A stretch of 64,000 nucleotides of DNA. Origin: an uncultured Thermotogae bacterium (GTDB taxonomy: Bacteria > Bipolaricaulota > Bipolaricaulia > UBA7950 > UBA9294). Each line of letters opens with the position of its first letter. The first letter of the stretch is position 1. Shown one piece after another: positions 1 to 8,110 of this stretch. Where the stretch lies: assembly GCA_964550615.1 (NCBI GenBank), contig CAZKAB010000001.1:76786-140785 (forward strand). Direction: 5' to 3'. Made by a program: the position numbers and the translations under genes. The notes beneath the pieces are model-generated. The model searched no databases and was not told the DNA's origin. It saw only the letters and a list, made by a program, of their open reading frames with translations.

Positions 1-493
1 CCGCCGCAGTCGCGCATGCGGCAACCCAAGCATCGGCAGATGCCTTGGCATCGGCGGCTGCAGCTGCTATGTCCTCGATCATCGCTTTTGCGTCAGCCGC
101 TGCTCCGGCGCACGCGCTCGCAGACGCAGACGCCGCTGCCTGAGCAGTCGAAGCCGCCTGTACTATCTGCGATATCATCGCATCCGCTTTTGCTGATGCA
201 GAGGAGCATGCACTTGCTGATGCAGATGCCGCTGCTTGAGCCGAGGAGATCGCACCATATTGATCCGAACAAAGAGAACACGGATTCTGCAATTGTGGCA
301 ATAGGGCAGCAATCGCATTTGCGGACGCCTGTGCCTGCGCGGCGGCTTGCGCGGCGGCAGACGCCGCCGCTTGCGCAAATGCAACTATGTCGGGAATGAT
401 TGGCGATGTTTCGCCGTCATTTTGCGCTAGTGCCCCCGTCGTGATTGCCAGGATAAAACCCAGCAAGAACAACAGAACTCTTAACTTCTTCAT
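1..493 (-). CDS. Secreted Ala/Ser-rich low-complexity repeat protein; the 3' end runs off the left window edge (partial)
   Basis: Absent from the supplied ORF track because there is no stop inside the window. My minus-strand translation from ATG 493-491 (GGAGGT at 503-498) stays open for 164 codons to the edge: MKKLRVLLFLLGFILAITTGALAQNDGETSPIIPDIVAFAQAAASAAAQAAAQAQASANAIAALLPQLQNPCSLCSDQYGAISS, then two 32-aa repeats. The N-terminus looks like a signal peptide. No family recognised. Confidence 0.6.
   Translation of the reverse strand, partial: MKKLRVLLFLLGFILAITTGALAQNDGETSPIIPDIVAFAQAAASAAAQAAAQAQASANAIAALLPQLQNPCSLCSDQYGAISSAQAAASASASACSSASAKADAMISQIVQAASTAQAAASASASACAGAAADAKAMIEDIAAAAADAKASADAWVAACATAA
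50..241 (-). repeat. Tandem 2 x 96-nt (32-codon) coding repeat inside the Ala/Ser-rich gene
   Basis: Copy 1 (241-146) encodes AQAAASASASACSSASAKADAMISQIVQAAST. Copy 2 (145-50) encodes AQAAASASASACAGAAADAKAMIEDIAAAAAD. The first 12 codons give identical peptide but differ at 7 synonymous positions by my alignment. Confidence 0.75.
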
Positions 494-551
494 GAAGACC
501 TCCTTGAAAGGTCGTTTGCCGGTGATGCCCCCATATCACCGGCAAAACATG

Positions 552-1151
552 CTACGGACAGCCGGAGGAACAGCTAGACGAACAACCAGATGAACACGGC
601 CAACGGAAGAACGGCCACCAGCAGCTGTTGCACGTTGATGACTCTCTGGCCAATACCAGACTTGTCTTGCAATAGCAATCCGTGGTAATCGTTGGCTGTT
701 CCTGTTGGCAGGTGTTGCACGACCAGCCCCAATTCCAATAACAGTAGTTGCACGGATCGTATAGATTGATGAAGCGCGACAGCGTCCCTACAGAGGTATC
801 GACGCACAGAACATAGTTTCCGGCAGCGACGCTACCTCCGTTGAAATCCACTTGCCCCCAGCTTCCCTGCCATGTCGAGGCAAGGACCGGCGCGTCGTGC
901 ACAACAGAGAATACCGTCTGCCCGGACGAATTCGCGATGTGCCAACCCAGCACTTGTGTATCGGAACACGTGTTGCATTGACAACAGCAAGAGGACCACC
1001 ACCAGCTTCCGCCGGAGTTTTCGACCTTGAACAGAACAGTCTCGCCCAACTTGTACCGATTACTGTAAACCGTGCTTGCCTGACCCAGTATCCCAGCAAC
1101 AATCAGCAAGGCAAGCAACACAACGGTCGCTCGTACCCATAGATGTTTCAT
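552..1151 (-). CDS. Secreted Cys/Trp-rich protein of unknown function (199 aa)
   Basis: ORF 552..1181. I prefer the start at ATG 1151 (MKHLWVRATVVLLALLIVAGILGQA) because GGAGG lies 8 nt upstream. It has a signal-peptide-like N-terminus. I count 18 Cys and 12 Trp in the mature part, with motifs QCNTC, PCNYC, SCNTC, TCNSC and DCYC and a C-terminal CSSGCSSSCSSGCP. Confidence 0.65.
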   Translation of the reverse strand: MKHLWVRATVVLLALLIVAGILGQASTVYSNRYKLGETVLFKVENSGGSWWWSSCCCQCNTCSDTQVLGWHIANSSGQTVFSVVHDAPVLASTWQGSWGQVDFNGGSVAAGNYVLCVDTSVGTLSRFINLYDPCNYCYWNWGWSCNTCQQEQPTITTDCYCKTSLVLARESSTCNSCWWPFFRWPCSSGCSSSCSSGCP

Positions 1152-1529
1152 AATACACACCTCCTTTGCTCCAATGTACACCCAAAAGGGGCCTAAGTGT
1201 CAAGTAGCTACTCCTCGGAGTGATGTGTGGATGTCAAGGTTAGTGTGTTTTTCGTTGCGGCTCTGTTGAATGCGATCGCACAATGGCCGAAATACACAGT
1301 GATTGAGCGCCTACGCAGCTTCAACTAATTGCACCGCTTAATCCAGCAGAGAAGCGATCTTCATCGCCCCCTCACTGCTTGGGTCACTCGGATGTCTCCC
1401 AAGACCATAACCAGCCAATCCCAGCGGGTAGTTCAGAGGCGAACGTCGCACAGACAAGAGACGTCATTCGCTTTCGATCGAAAGCTCACATACACGCTGG
1501 ATGTCCGATCGTTCGGTTGCTCAGTACTG

Positions 1530-2825
1530 TCAGCCTGCCACCTGGAGAGAGTCAATCAAGATATACGGAGCACAATCGCCGTCACACTCCTCGCGCTCGC
1601 TGCTTATTGCCCTTATGTGCAGAAGATCCCGATAGATGTTCCCCGCGACCATCGTTCCCTGTATCCTACCAAGCACCTGTCCTTCCTTTATGTGAAATCC
1701 GAGTGCCTGTACCGCGAATTCGCCCTGCGGGTAGTTGCCCGAGTGAAACCCCATCCCGCCGGTAACAAGAATGCCTTCTTCCATCGACGAAATCATCTCC
1801 CGATACGGGACGTCACCCGGTTCGATGAACAGATGTGTCGGCCAGGGATTCGGAGACGTCTCCGTTCCGGATCCGAACAAGGCGCGCTTGTACCCATTGC
1901 CAGTCGACGCCGTCTTCAATCTCGCGGCAGAATGGAGATCGAGCAGATATCCACGCAGGACTCCCGCATCCACCAGCACACGCCTTACACAGGCGACACC
2001 CTCGTCATCGAATCTGCGGGACGATGGATCCCCATTCACAGTCGGATCGTCGATAATCGAAAGCTTCTCCGAGAGAATCGTTTCACCAACTCGATCGCGC
2101 AGGGGTGATGTTCCGTCGGCTACCCTGTCTCCGCTCATTCCGGCGGCAAGTGGTATGGTGAGGAGGAACGAAGCCTCGGGAGCAAGGATCGCAGGCAGAC
2201 GTCCGGTTCTGGGTCGGGATGTCTTTTCCGTGTATCGATACCGCTCAATGAACTCCGCGATCATGTCGTACGGAACAGAGAATGGCGAGATCGCTTCTCT
2301 ACTCTTTCCAATTCCAGTACCTGCTCCCTTGATCGGTGCAGAAACGGAAATCGCGAACTCGGTGGACGACTGCTCTCCATCAGCGCCGCACGAGGTGGCG
2401 ACAGCAAGATCCTTTTTCGTAGCTTCACAGTGTACATTGAGCGCAATTCCAGGAAGCTCTTTGATGACAATGCTCTTGATCTCCTCACATAACGAGACGA
2501 GATCATCGCTTCGTACACGCGCTGTGGCATCGTCGTGTGTGGTCACCGCAGGATACGAGTACCGGTCGGCAAACGAGAATTCCGCCATACCACCGTGTGC
2601 GGCCGCCACCTTTGCCTGTTTGATGAGGGAAGCATCCGGAGAAGTGCCGAAAGATAAGCCGATGCGCCCGCCATCGATCACCCTAACGGCGACCGACGAT
2701 AGATCGTCCTCGTTTATGCGCGACAACTGGCAATTCCGGAAGAGCACCTCTGTCTTGTGCTCGCGAACCCAGTAGACTTCCGCGGAATCCACTGTACTCA
2801 TACCGCTCTTGATCAGCTCTTTCAT
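1530..2825 (-). CDS. pmbA: TldE/PmbA family metalloprotease subunit
   Basis: ORF 1530..2924. The size and sequence fit the PmbA/TldD superfamily and it sits directly downstream of tldD. I chose the start at ATG 2825 (MKELIKSG...), which overlaps the tldD stop as ATGA (2822-2825). Confidence 0.85.
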   Translation of the reverse strand: MKELIKSGMSTVDSAEVYWVREHKTEVLFRNCQLSRINEDDLSSVAVRVIDGGRIGLSFGTSPDASLIKQAKVAAAHGGMAEFSFADRYSYPAVTTHDDATARVRSDDLVSLCEEIKSIVIKELPGIALNVHCEATKKDLAVATSCGADGEQSSTEFAISVSAPIKGAGTGIGKSREAISPFSVPYDMIAEFIERYRYTEKTSRPRTGRLPAILAPEASFLLTIPLAAGMSGDRVADGTSPLRDRVGETILSEKLSIIDDPTVNGDPSSRRFDDEGVACVRRVLVDAGVLRGYLLDLHSAARLKTASTGNGYKRALFGSGTETSPNPWPTHLFIEPGDVPYREMISSMEEGILVTGGMGFHSGNYPQGEFAVQALGFHIKEGQVLGRIQGTMVAGNIYRDLLHIRAISSEREECDGDCAPYILIDSLQVAG

Positions 2826-4204
2826 CGTGTCCCTCCCAGTGTCACCGCGTCGATCTTTATGTGAGGTGCTCCTTTCCCCGACTTTCGATTCATCTGCATC
2901 GGCCCGCCTCCGCCCTTGCCGCATCCGCCGCGCTCTCCGTAGACAACGTCATCTCCCACCATTGATATCGCTCTCAGGGTCGAGAATAGCTCGCCGCTCA
3001 TGTTGATGTCCCTCACCATTGTGCCCAAGCGTCCATTCTGAATGCGGTATCCCCATTGCGCACCAAAACTGAACTGGTCGCCCGATGTCTGGCCACCCTT
3101 GGCTCCGACAAGGTAGTAGCCGTCGTCGATTGAAGCAATCATCTCATCGAACGTTGATCCCCCGGCCTCTATGAAAATGTTCGACATGCGAACGATCGGC
3201 GTAAATCGGGCATCGACCGCACGCATGTTCCCGGTCAGCGGTTCGTCGAATTCAGCTGCCGTCTCACGCGAATGAAGCCGCCCAGCAAGTACCCCATCCT
3301 CAATTAGCTTCGTCTTCCTCCCCCGTACGCCTTCGTCGTCGACAAGATATCCGCCGGGAAGATCGAGAAGAAGTGGATCATCGGTCACATTGAGTATGGG
3401 TTGTGCAAGTACGGTCCCCAACTCGAGCTTCTTGCGGAACTCCGGGTTGTCCTGAATCCCGTCCGCCTCCGACAGATGCCCGAAGGCTTCGTGGATGAAG
3501 ACTCCGGCTTCATCCGGATCAAGAACGACCGGACACACCCCAGCAGTAGCCGGTTCGGCAGACAGGAGCTCACGAGCGCGTTCGATCCGCTGCCGCAGCT
3601 CATCATCGCGATCGACAAGCCGGGAGAAATCGTCGCTCCCTCCAAATGCAAAACGTACCCGTTGAACTGTATTCTTGTTTCGGGTAACGATCAGCCCAGC
3701 GATATTCACGATGAGAAGCTCATATTCCACTGCACTCCCTTCGCTCGTGACGAATGTGCGGTGCGAATAGAACTCGTCGTAAACGCAGTTAGTGGTCGCG
3801 ACATCCCGCGACGAAAGGATCATGTCGTTGTACTTCTTAAGAAGCTCGAGTTTGTCAGCAAGTGAAATGCGCCGAGGATCGCTCTTGGGAGAGAGGAAGA
3901 ATGAGCCGTTGATCACTGGTGCCGACGCCAACCTGAGCGGATGCGTACGATGTCGCGACGCGAGACTCGCGGACACGGCCGCTTTCCTCGCCATTTGATC
4001 GGCGTCTGCAAGCTCAGTAAACGACGAAATCGCTTTCCCTCCCTTGGCGTAGGCACGCAAGTGGCCGCCAGATGTGGAATAGGACGCGATTCGACGCAGT
4101 TCCTTCCCCTCATACTCTATCGTCGTCTTTTGATTCTTCTCGAAGCGAATATCCGCGTAATCCACATCCAAAGAACCCAACACGTTCTTCAGCGCCTGCT
4201 GCAT
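2822..4204 (-). CDS. tldD: TldD family zinc metalloprotease
   Basis: A 460-aa ORF with the HEAFGH zinc-binding motif (FIHEAFGHLSEADG) and a Gly-rich C-terminus (GGCGKGGGGPMQ) typical of TldD. Confidence 0.9.
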   Translation of the reverse strand: MQQALKNVLGSLDVDYADIRFEKNQKTTIEYEGKELRRIASYSTSGGHLRAYAKGGKAISSFTELADADQMARKAAVSASLASRHRTHPLRLASAPVINGSFFLSPKSDPRRISLADKLELLKKYNDMILSSRDVATTNCVYDEFYSHRTFVTSEGSAVEYELLIVNIAGLIVTRNKNTVQRVRFAFGGSDDFSRLVDRDDELRQRIERARELLSAEPATAGVCPVVLDPDEAGVFIHEAFGHLSEADGIQDNPEFRKKLELGTVLAQPILNVTDDPLLLDLPGGYLVDDEGVRGRKTKLIEDGVLAGRLHSRETAAEFDEPLTGNMRAVDARFTPIVRMSNIFIEAGGSTFDEMIASIDDGYYLVGAKGGQTSGDQFSFGAQWGYRIQNGRLGTMVRDINMSGELFSTLRAISMVGDDVVYGERGGCGKGGGGPMQMNRKSGKGAPHIKIDAVTLGGTR

Positions 4205-4415
4205 GTCTTCACGGCTCCTCTATCCGAGTGGTTAGGGAATACTACAAGCGGCGAGCGCTGGGGCGCAAGATCGGGTACAGCAAACGACTATACGCCAACA
4301 TTCCTCGCAGCAAACTCGAAGTCCGTGGATGTCATGAATCGACCGGCGCCATTGTTGATTGCTAACCTGGTATAAGTAAGATATTCTCTATTGGAATAAT
4401 CCCTTAAGGAGTATC

Positions 4416-4982
4416 ATGCCGACAAAACGCTTTCCAGTCGAGTACGCGATATTGGGCATCATTGCCGAAGGTCCGGCGCATGGGTATGTGTTGCGAAAGC
4501 GTCTTGACGCAGCGCTCGGCCCGTTCTGGAATATCGCCACCAGCCAGATTTACTCCGCCCTGCACAGCATGGCAGATGAGGGCCTTGTTACCGTCGAGGT
4601 GCAAGAGCAGGCAGGCAGGCCACCGCGCAACGTCTATCTTGCCACCGAAAGAGGGACCCGTGCCTTGTTCCAGTGGTGTGTTGCGCCGGTTCGGCATCTG
4701 CGAGACATACGTGTTGTGTTCATGGCAAAGCTTTACTTCTTGCACCACTCCAGCAGCAACGCAGTCCTCACATTGATTGATGCACAAGCGGCGCTTCTCG
4801 ACCGGCTACTTGCGAGGGTTTCACAGCGCAAAGACCTGCCGACGGACGACAAGACTCTCGCACACCTCGCAATTCGATTCCGTGTTCGCCAGATAAGAGC
4901 CGCAATCGACTGGCTGGAGGAGTGCAAGAGATGGATTCTGGAAAACGAGAAAGGAGATACGGATGAGGTACAGTTGGCGTAG
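4416..4982 (+). CDS. PadR family transcriptional regulator
   Basis: The N-terminal winged-helix signature YAILGIIAEGPAHGYVLRKRL...IYSALHSMADEGLV is PadR-like. AAGGAG lies 6 nt upstream of the ATG. Confidence 0.85.
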   Translation: MPTKRFPVEYAILGIIAEGPAHGYVLRKRLDAALGPFWNIATSQIYSALHSMADEGLVTVEVQEQAGRPPRNVYLATERGTRALFQWCVAPVRHLRDIRVVFMAKLYFLHHSSSNAVLTLIDAQAALLDRLLARVSQRKDLPTDDKTLAHLAIRFRVRQIRAAIDWLEECKRWILENEKGDTDEVQLA

Positions 4983-6003
4983 CCTGATCGGGTTTTATGT
5001 TGTCTTGGTTTTGCTGCTCACCGCGCTGCCGGTCGCGGCCACAATGGCGAACGGGAAAGTGGAAGTGGTGGATCAAGCGGGGCGGACTGTCGACATTCCA
5101 CAACCGGTGGAGCGGATCGTAAGCGTGTATGGGATCTCCACATACTACGTTTACGCGCTAGGCGCGGGTGACCGAATGGTGAGCGCGTGGTATGTGCAGA
5201 TCAAGGGTCTGGGTCAGGCTCCCGCCGCCCTGAGGGAGATTGAGCCCAAGCTCGGCGAAAAGCTATCCTTCGGACAGCCAAACCTGGAGGATATCGTGGC
5301 GAAGGATCCCGATCTCGTTCTCACCAATCCAGTGAAACACGGAGATCTTGCCGATCGCCTGACGAATCTGGGTATTCCGGCAATCCAATATGCTGCGGAA
5401 ACTCCGGAGACGATGAAGGAGGCGATGCTTCTCACCGGCAAGGCCCTCGGACCGGATACGACGGCGCGCGCCCAGGAGTTCGCCGACTACTACAACCGCG
5501 TGATGGAAGCAATCGGCACTGCGACCGATGCCATCCCAGCCGATAAGCGACTGCGCGTCTACTTCTGCGGTAGCAACCCGCTGCGTGCTGCAAGCGGCGA
5601 TATGTATCAGAGCTTGATGATCGATACCGCCGGCGGGATATCCGTAACACGAGATATTAGAGGCTATTGGAACGATCTCAATCTCGAACAGGTCCTCGTC
5701 TGGCAGCCGGATGTAATAATCATCACAAGCTACGGCGGCCTTACGCCCGCTCAAATTCTTGATGATCCAGATTGGCAGTCGGTCCCAGCCGTACGCGATG
5801 GTCGCGTGTACAAGATGCCGGCGCTCGCCGCCGCCTGGGACACGCCTGTTCCCGACTCACTCCTCGGGATCATGTGGCTGGCGCACGTCCTGTATCCACA
5901 CCAGATTGGTTTCGATCTTGCCGCTGAATGCCGCACGTTCTACAGCCGGTTCTATGGCTACGTTCTCTCCGACGAGGAGGTCGCACGATTGACAGGAAAC
6001 TAG
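4963..6003 (+). CDS. ABC transporter substrate-binding protein, Fe-siderophore/cobalamin (FecB/BtuF-like) class
   Basis: 346 aa with an N-terminal signal/anchor. Motif-level resemblance to the periplasmic binding protein family (RIVSVYG..., DPDLVL, PDVIIIT). It overlaps the padR 3' end and is followed by FecCD permease and ATPase genes. Confidence 0.8.
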   Translation: MRYSWRSLIGFYVVLVLLLTALPVAATMANGKVEVVDQAGRTVDIPQPVERIVSVYGISTYYVYALGAGDRMVSAWYVQIKGLGQAPAALREIEPKLGEKLSFGQPNLEDIVAKDPDLVLTNPVKHGDLADRLTNLGIPAIQYAAETPETMKEAMLLTGKALGPDTTARAQEFADYYNRVMEAIGTATDAIPADKRLRVYFCGSNPLRAASGDMYQSLMIDTAGGISVTRDIRGYWNDLNLEQVLVWQPDVIIITSYGGLTPAQILDDPDWQSVPAVRDGRVYKMPALAAAWDTPVPDSLLGIMWLAHVLYPHQIGFDLAAECRTFYSRFYGYVLSDEEVARLTGN

Positions 6004-6998
6004 GGCACCAAGCTATTTGGGGCTGGCTCCTCGTCGTTCTCCCTGGTGCATTAATCGTTTCGTCGCTGTTCATCGGCCGCTACCACATCCCGATCGACGA
6101 TGTGATCCACGCTATCATCCTGCCGAGGAACGTGACGGCAACAATCCGGGCTCTTGTACTGCATGTGCGGCTGCCGCGCATCCTCACCGCAGTCTGTGTT
6201 GGGGCCAATCTGGCTGTGAGTGGCGCGATCTTCCAGGGTGTTCTGCGGAACCCGCTCGTTGACTCCCGAATTCTCGGCGTAAGTTCAGGCGCGGCATTCG
6301 GGGCGGCGCTGGCGCTCCTGACGACGCACAGCCCGGCTATCGTTCAACTGAGCGCGTTCGGATTTGGCCTTCTCGCCATTCTCGTCGTGTACGCTATCGG
6401 TTGGAGATTCGGATCGTCGATACTCATCCTTGTCGTAACCGGTATCTTGGTGAGCGCCTTTTACAACGCCCTTCTCGGTCTGGTCAAATACGTCGCGGAT
6501 CCGCTCGATACCCTTCCGGCAATCACGTACTGGCTGCTCGGTGGAATCTCCGGCGCGCGCTGGGAGAGTGTTTGGCCGCTGGCGATCGTGACTGCACTTG
6601 GAATCTCGTTCTTCCTACTCATGCGCTGGCGAGTGAATCTTCTCACGTTAAGCGAGACCGAGGCGGCTTCCATGGGGATAAACGTGCGCAAAAGTCGCTT
6701 CGTCGTGCTTGTCGTGGCGTCTCTTATGGTGGCATCTTCGGTCGCGCAAAGCGGCATCATCGGTTGGATCGGACTCATCGTCCCTCACGCCGCTCGGGCG
6801 ATCGTCGGACCTGATCATGCGCGACTCATCCCCGCCTCGATCGGCATCGGTGCGTTCATCCTTCTTGCGCTCGACGACATATCGCGCACGGCGCTGCCGA
6901 GCGAGATTCCTCTGGGCATACTCGCCGGCCTTATCGGGATACCAGTCTTTCTCGTGTTGTTCATGGGTTTACTGCGCCAACGAGGAGGATGGCGATGA
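5928..6998 (+). CDS. FecCD-family ABC transporter permease
   Basis: A polytopic membrane protein of 356 aa with a typical FecCD/BtuC C-terminus (IPLGILAGLIGIPVFLVLF). The start is uncertain. ATG 5928 is the only canonical in-frame start, but it overlaps the binding-protein gene by 76 nt and has no clear SD. Confidence 0.8.
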   Translation: MPHVLQPVLWLRSLRRGGRTIDRKLGHQAIWGWLLVVLPGALIVSSLFIGRYHIPIDDVIHAIILPRNVTATIRALVLHVRLPRILTAVCVGANLAVSGAIFQGVLRNPLVDSRILGVSSGAAFGAALALLTTHSPAIVQLSAFGFGLLAILVVYAIGWRFGSSILILVVTGILVSAFYNALLGLVKYVADPLDTLPAITYWLLGGISGARWESVWPLAIVTALGISFFLLMRWRVNLLTLSETEAASMGINVRKSRFVVLVVASLMVASSVAQSGIIGWIGLIVPHAARAIVGPDHARLIPASIGIGAFILLALDDISRTALPSEIPLGILAGLIGIPVFLVLFMGLLRQRGGWR

Positions 6999-7783
6999 GC
7001 CTTGCCGCGATAGATCTCTGTTACGCCTACACAAGCGACAGGCTGGTACTCGACGGCATCACGCTGTCCCTGGACGAGGGCGGAGTCACATTCATCTTGG
7101 GTGGGAACGGGAGTGGGAAGACAACGCTCCTTGAGTGCCTGTGTGGAATCCGCTCACCGCGATCGGGAAGTGTTCGTCTGGACGGAAAGGAAGCCCATCG
7201 ACTCCCTCCGATGCAGAGAGCGCGGCGCGTGGGGTTCGTTCCCCAGATTCATGAACCCATCTTCACCTACAGCGTCTACCATGTGGTGCTTATGGGGCGC
7301 TCCCCTCATCTCGGGCCGTTCGCGAAACCTCGCCACAGTGACCATGAAGCGGTAGCGCAAGCCCTCGATGCGCTCGATCTCTGGCCGCTGCGGAATCGTC
7401 CGTACACGGAGATCAGCGGAGGAGAACGACGATTGGTTCTAGTCGCGCGCGGATTGGCGCAAGGAGTACGCTATCTGCTGATGGACGAGCCGGACGCTCA
7501 CCTCGATCCGCTTCACCAAAACGACTTATTCAGCCGTGTGCGGGAACTTGCCATACAGGGCTTCACCTTCGCCATCAGTTCGCACAGTCCAAACAGCGCA
7601 CTCACCTACGGCGACTCGGCCCTTCTCCTCTCTCAAGGCAGACCGATCGCATACGACCGCGCTGCGGTGGTTGTCGCACCTGCGCCGCTGGCCGCGGCCT
7701 ACGGGCTTGAGTTTGAACTGATCTCAGATGAGAGCGGCCCCCGTGCGGTCCTGCCCATGAGAGCTACACGCACTCAGTCGTAG
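6995..7783 (+). CDS. ABC transporter ATP-binding protein (FepC/FecE-like)
   Basis: Walker A GGNGSGKTT, signature LSGGERR-like (ISGGERRLV) and Walker B LLMDEP. I prefer ATG 6995 (GAGGAGG 6 nt upstream), which forms an ATGA overlap with the permease stop (6995-6998). Confidence 0.9.
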   Translation: MSLAAIDLCYAYTSDRLVLDGITLSLDEGGVTFILGGNGSGKTTLLECLCGIRSPRSGSVRLDGKEAHRLPPMQRARRVGFVPQIHEPIFTYSVYHVVLMGRSPHLGPFAKPRHSDHEAVAQALDALDLWPLRNRPYTEISGGERRLVLVARGLAQGVRYLLMDEPDAHLDPLHQNDLFSRVRELAIQGFTFAISSHSPNSALTYGDSALLLSQGRPIAYDRAAVVVAPAPLAAAYGLEFELISDESGPRAVLPMRATRTQS

Positions 7784-8004
7784 GAACGCCACTTGCGGAA
7801 TATCCTGCCGCTCACGCCAATGCCGGCCCAGGCGAAAATCAGAGTCACTAAGAACCACAATCCGGCCGCCTGCCAATAGGACAGTGGCTTCAAGAGACCG
7901 AGATAGTTCACGATGATGCTGTTCCACAGCATCTGAATAATCCAACTGAAGAAAAAGAACGCCCCTACGCCGCCGCCGGTTATCAATCCTCGCACCAGCT
8001 TCAT
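7774..8004 (-). CDS. Small two-TM membrane protein, unknown function
   Basis: ORF 7774..8025. The start at ATG 8004 has GGGGGA 7 nt upstream. It has two hydrophobic helices (GVGAFFFFSWIIQMLW; AAGLWFLVTLIFAWAGIGV). No family recognised. Confidence 0.4.
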   Translation of the reverse strand: MKLVRGLITGGGVGAFFFFSWIIQMLWNSIIVNYLGLLKPLSYWQAAGLWFLVTLIFAWAGIGVSGRIFRKWRSYD

Positions 8005-8110
8005 CCAATCATCCCCCTTGCACAAGAATATCGGAATTGTACCGACTAAAGCTCGAAAAATGAACAGACCGTAGCTATTACGGCGGATATCATCGGATTC
8101 ATCTGACAGG

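Noticed and set aside
1182-1529. The 348-nt gap between pmbA and the Cys/Trp-rich gene, considered as a possible ncRNA or small ORF.
   Set aside because: There are only promoter-like TTGACA boxes on the coding (minus) strand and no convincing hairpin, terminator or SD-preceded ORF. It is left as a promoter/leader region.
1329-2775. Plus-strand ORFs 1329..2108 (259 aa) and 1771..2775 (334 aa).
   Set aside because: Both are antisense to pmbA, which has clear family similarity. Their Arg/Ser/Pro-rich composition is typical of GC-rich shadow frames.
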